From the NCBI GenBank assembly GCA_001784175.1, contig MFPR01000003.1, forward strand, positions 55,836-75,835: a DNA stretch of 20,000 bases, read 5' to 3'. Within the stretch, counting starts at the first letter, position 1. Each line of letters begins with the position of its first letter. This document shows, piece after piece, positions 17,403-20,000 of the stretch. The notes beneath the pieces are model-generated. The model searched no databases and had not been told where the DNA came from. It saw only the letters and a list, made by a program, of their open reading frames with translations. The DNA is from Candidatus Lindowbacteria bacterium RIFCSPLOWO2_12_FULL_62_27 (GTDB taxonomy: Bacteria > Lindowbacteria > 2-12-FULL-62-27). Both the position numbers and the translations under genes were made by a program.

Positions 17403-20000
17403 ATGAAGTATATGCGGAAAGTACCAACACTGTTTGTATATATAGCCTTGCTGGCCGCCAATCCGCTTTTGGACAAGGCCTTCGCTTCCAACGCACCGCC
17501 CCAGCCCGGGGAAACGCAGTGGGTGCCTCTGCACACTTCCAGGTGGGATCCCTATGCGGACACGGTATACAACGACGGCACCTCCAGCTACACCGAGATC
17601 GTCGACGACAAAGACTCGTTCTCCGGGTACATGTACTATGACCGAAGCTACCGGGGCGGGTGGCTTTATATCCGCATGGCGCTTGATTCGCCGGACACCG
17701 CCAGCTGGCAGCAGGGGTCGAACAACATCCGGAATTTCGGATGGATGCTTTTTTTCGATGCGGACGGCGATCTCGACATGGACTGGGGCGTGCAGGTCCT
17801 CGGCGGCAATCCGGAGGGCGTGCAGGTCCTGTATGACGTCGACGGCGACAACAACCTGACAAACGGGACGGTCACCTGGTCCGATGTCTCGGGCGCGGCT
17901 TACACAACGAGCGCCGTTTCCTGCACGGTGTGCGTGACGACGATTCCCCGGTCCAGCACGAACGGCGATTCGGATGTCTGGATGATGTGGTCGGCGCCAT
18001 TGAGCGCGTTTCAAAACGCGGGCGCGCTCGCATCGATCTACGAGACGACGCCGATGCGCGTGGCGTTCGGGACGGGGGCGTCTGCGCAGAGTTTGGGCCG
18101 CGACATATCCGGCGGCGGGACGCCCGCGGGCGCGTTTACGGCGTCGCAGATCGTGACGGCGAGCATGTTTGCGAGCGGCGGATCGTCCAGCCCGGGCGGG
18201 GCGCTCTATGACGACAAGGATACCAGCCCGACTTCCATCGCGGGGACTTGGAAACAAAAAAATACGATCACCATCACCGGCAATGGCTGGCCGACCAACC
18301 GGGACACGCTCGCCATGCGCCTGGTCTACGACTCGCGGGATACCACGCAGTACTCATACCAGGCCGACAGCGTCTCGTTCGCCAAGGACAGCGGGACGTT
18401 CAGCAAGATCAACCTGTGGACGACCACCGTCAATGACACGCCGGGCGTGTACGGGATATACGTCCAGCATCCGATCACGCCGGCCAAGGGCTGGTATTTT
18501 TATGACTCCTTTGTCCTCGACACGACGGCGGTCTACAACACGGCGTCGATCGGGACATTTCCGGTCAGCATCATCGCGAAGGATTCGATCTACCCGCAGA
18601 TCGAGGACCAGGACGGGAACACGGACAGCGCGGTCACCGAAACGGTTGCGGTGACGTTCACCAATCAGACCACGGGCGAGACTGAAACGCTGACGCTGTA
18701 CGAGTCCACGGCGGCCAGCCCGATTTTCAAAAACACGGCGATGGCGACGAGCACCGGCGCGTCGGATTCCTTGAGCGCGTCCGGCAAGCTGTACGTCAAA
18801 CCGGGCGACACGCTCACCGTCCAGTACGTCGACCCGGACCAGTCGAGCGACAGCGTGACATCCGCGGGCATCGCCGTGATCGCGGACACGGCCTACTCGA
18901 CGATGACGATCTCCACGACGCTGTTTTTGAGCGATTCGATCGCGCCGGTCGTCACCGACAGCGACCAGAACGCGAACGGGTCTGCGACGGAGACAGTGAC
19001 GGTGACGGTGACGAATCAGACGACGGGCGAGACGGAGACGCTCTACGTCACGGAGACGGGAAACAATACCGGCATCTTCGACATCGCCAGCCTCTTGACA
19101 AGTACAAGTTCGGGCGACTCGGCAAGTGGCACGGGAAAATTATACGTTCGAGCGGCAGATACGCTGACGGTGAAATACACCGATCCGACGGACGCCAGAG
19201 ACAGCGTGACGTCGGGGACGATCACGATGATTCCGGACACGGCGACGAGCTACGGCACGTCGCCGTTGACGGTGTCGACGTCGGATTCGATCGCGCCGGT
19301 GGTGTCGGATTCGGATCAGAACCTGAACGGGGATGCGGTGGAGACGGTGACGGTGACGATCACGAACGGCATGACGGGGGAGACGGAGGTCGTGACGCTG
19401 ACGGAGACGGGGAAGAACACGGGGGTGTTCGACATCGGCGGACTCGCGCTATCGATTCTGCCGGGCGATTCGGCGAGCGTCAGCGGCAAGCTGTACGTGA
19501 AGCCTGGGGACACGGTGACGGCGAAATACACGGACCCGACGGATGGACGGGACTCGTTCACGACGCCGTCGATCGGCGTCGTGCCGGATACATCCAACAG
19601 CTACGGCACGGCGCCGGTGTCGGTGTCGACGGCGGATTCGATTGCGCCGGTGGTGTCGGATTCGGATCAGAACCTGAACGGGGATGCGGTGGAGACGATC
19701 ACTGTCACGATCACCAACGGCGTGACGGGGGAGACGGAGACGCTGATGCTGACGGAGACGGGGAAGAATACGGGCGTGTTCGACATTGCGGGACTCACGC
19801 TGTCGATTCTGCCGGGCGATTCGACGAGTGTCAGCGGCAAGCTGTACGTGAAGCCGGGGGACACGGTGACGATCAAATACACGGACCCAACGGACGGTAC
19901 GGACAGCGTGACGTCGTCGACGATCACGATGATTCCGGACACGGCGACGAGCTACGGCACGTCGCCGTTGACGGTGTCGACGTCGGACTCGATCGCGCCG
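17403..20000 (+). CDS. Very large secreted surface protein (adhesin/S-layer-like) with tandem 117-aa repeats; 3' end outside window
   Basis: Not in ORF track because no stop occurs in the window. ATG 17403: MKYMRKVPTLFVYIALLAANPLLDKAFA/SN signal peptide. Same frame at 20000 (866 codons). Thr/Asp/Ser/Val-rich. Confidence 0.92.
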   Translation, partial: MKYMRKVPTLFVYIALLAANPLLDKAFASNAPPQPGETQWVPLHTSRWDPYADTVYNDGTSSYTEIVDDKDSFSGYMYYDRSYRGGWLYIRMALDSPDTASWQQGSNNIRNFGWMLFFDADGDLDMDWGVQVLGGNPEGVQVLYDVDGDNNLTNGTVTWSDVSGAAYTTSAVSCTVCVTTIPRSSTNGDSDVWMMWSAPLSAFQNAGALASIYETTPMRVAFGTGASAQSLGRDISGGGTPAGAFTASQIVTASMFASGGSSSPGGALYDDKDTSPTSIAGTWKQKNTITITGNGWPTNRDTLAMRLVYDSRDTTQYSYQADSVSFAKDSGTFSKINLWTTTVNDTPGVYGIYVQHPITPAKGWYFYDSFVLDTTAVYNTASIGTFPVSIIAKDSIYPQIEDQDGNTDSAVTETVAVTFTNQTTGETETLTLYESTAASPIFKNTAMATSTGASDSLSASGKLYVKPGDTLTVQYVDPDQSSDSVTSAGIAVIADTAYSTMTISTTLFLSDSIAPVVTDSDQNANGSATETVTVTVTNQTTGETETLYVTETGNNTGIFDIASLLTSTSSGDSASGTGKLYVRAADTLTVKYTDPTDARDSVTSGTITMIPDTATSYGTSPLTVSTSDSIAPVVSDSDQNLNGDAVETVTVTITNGMTGETEVVTLTETGKNTGVFDIGGLALSILPGDSASVSGKLYVKPGDTVTAKYTDPTDGRDSFTTPSIGVVPDTSNSYGTAPVSVSTADSIAPVVSDSDQNLNGDAVETITVTITNGVTGETETLMLTETGKNTGVFDIAGLTLSILPGDSTSVSGKLYVKPGDTVTIKYTDPTDGTDSVTSSTITMIPDTATSYGTSPLTVSTSDSIAP
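18582..20000 (+). repeat. 351-bp (117-aa) intragenic tandem repeats, four complete plus start of a fifth
   Basis: DSI(A/Y)P units start at 18582, 18933, 19284, 19635 and 19986. Consensus DSIAPVVSDSDQNLNGDAVETVTVTITN..TGETE..TLTETGKNTGVF..SGKLYVKPGDTVT.KYTDP. Confidence 0.96.

Overview
GC-rich bacterial window, probably from a diderm because it encodes an outer-membrane beta-barrel. It has three blocks. (1) 1-8012: two toxin-antitoxin operons (type IV AbiEi/AbiEii; type II hicB-hicA), each head-to-head with one of two paralogous secreted proteins. The first has a 7x17/18-aa repeat and a mosaic N-terminus. The second is split by a -1 frameshift at an A6 run and has Ig-like, 2x NTF2-like and beta-helix domains. 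A beta-barrel protein with a related NTF2-like C-terminal domain follows. (2) 8210-9484: an NnrR-like Crp/Fnr regulator and a hemerythrin gene with an NnrR-type box between them. (3) 9666-20000: an NtrC-family sigma54 activator, a signalling operon (receiver, MshEN-like+HDOD, output-less MASE1-PAS, PAS histidine kinase, Rcp1-like receiver) and a very large secreted protein with exact 351-bp repeats that runs off the window and is missing from the ORF track. Both the signalling operon and the large gene are preceded by a -24/-12 sigma54 promoter and a shared TGTTTAAACA palindrome, suggesting a local sigma54 regulon. All family calls come from motif recognition by eye; no searches were run.
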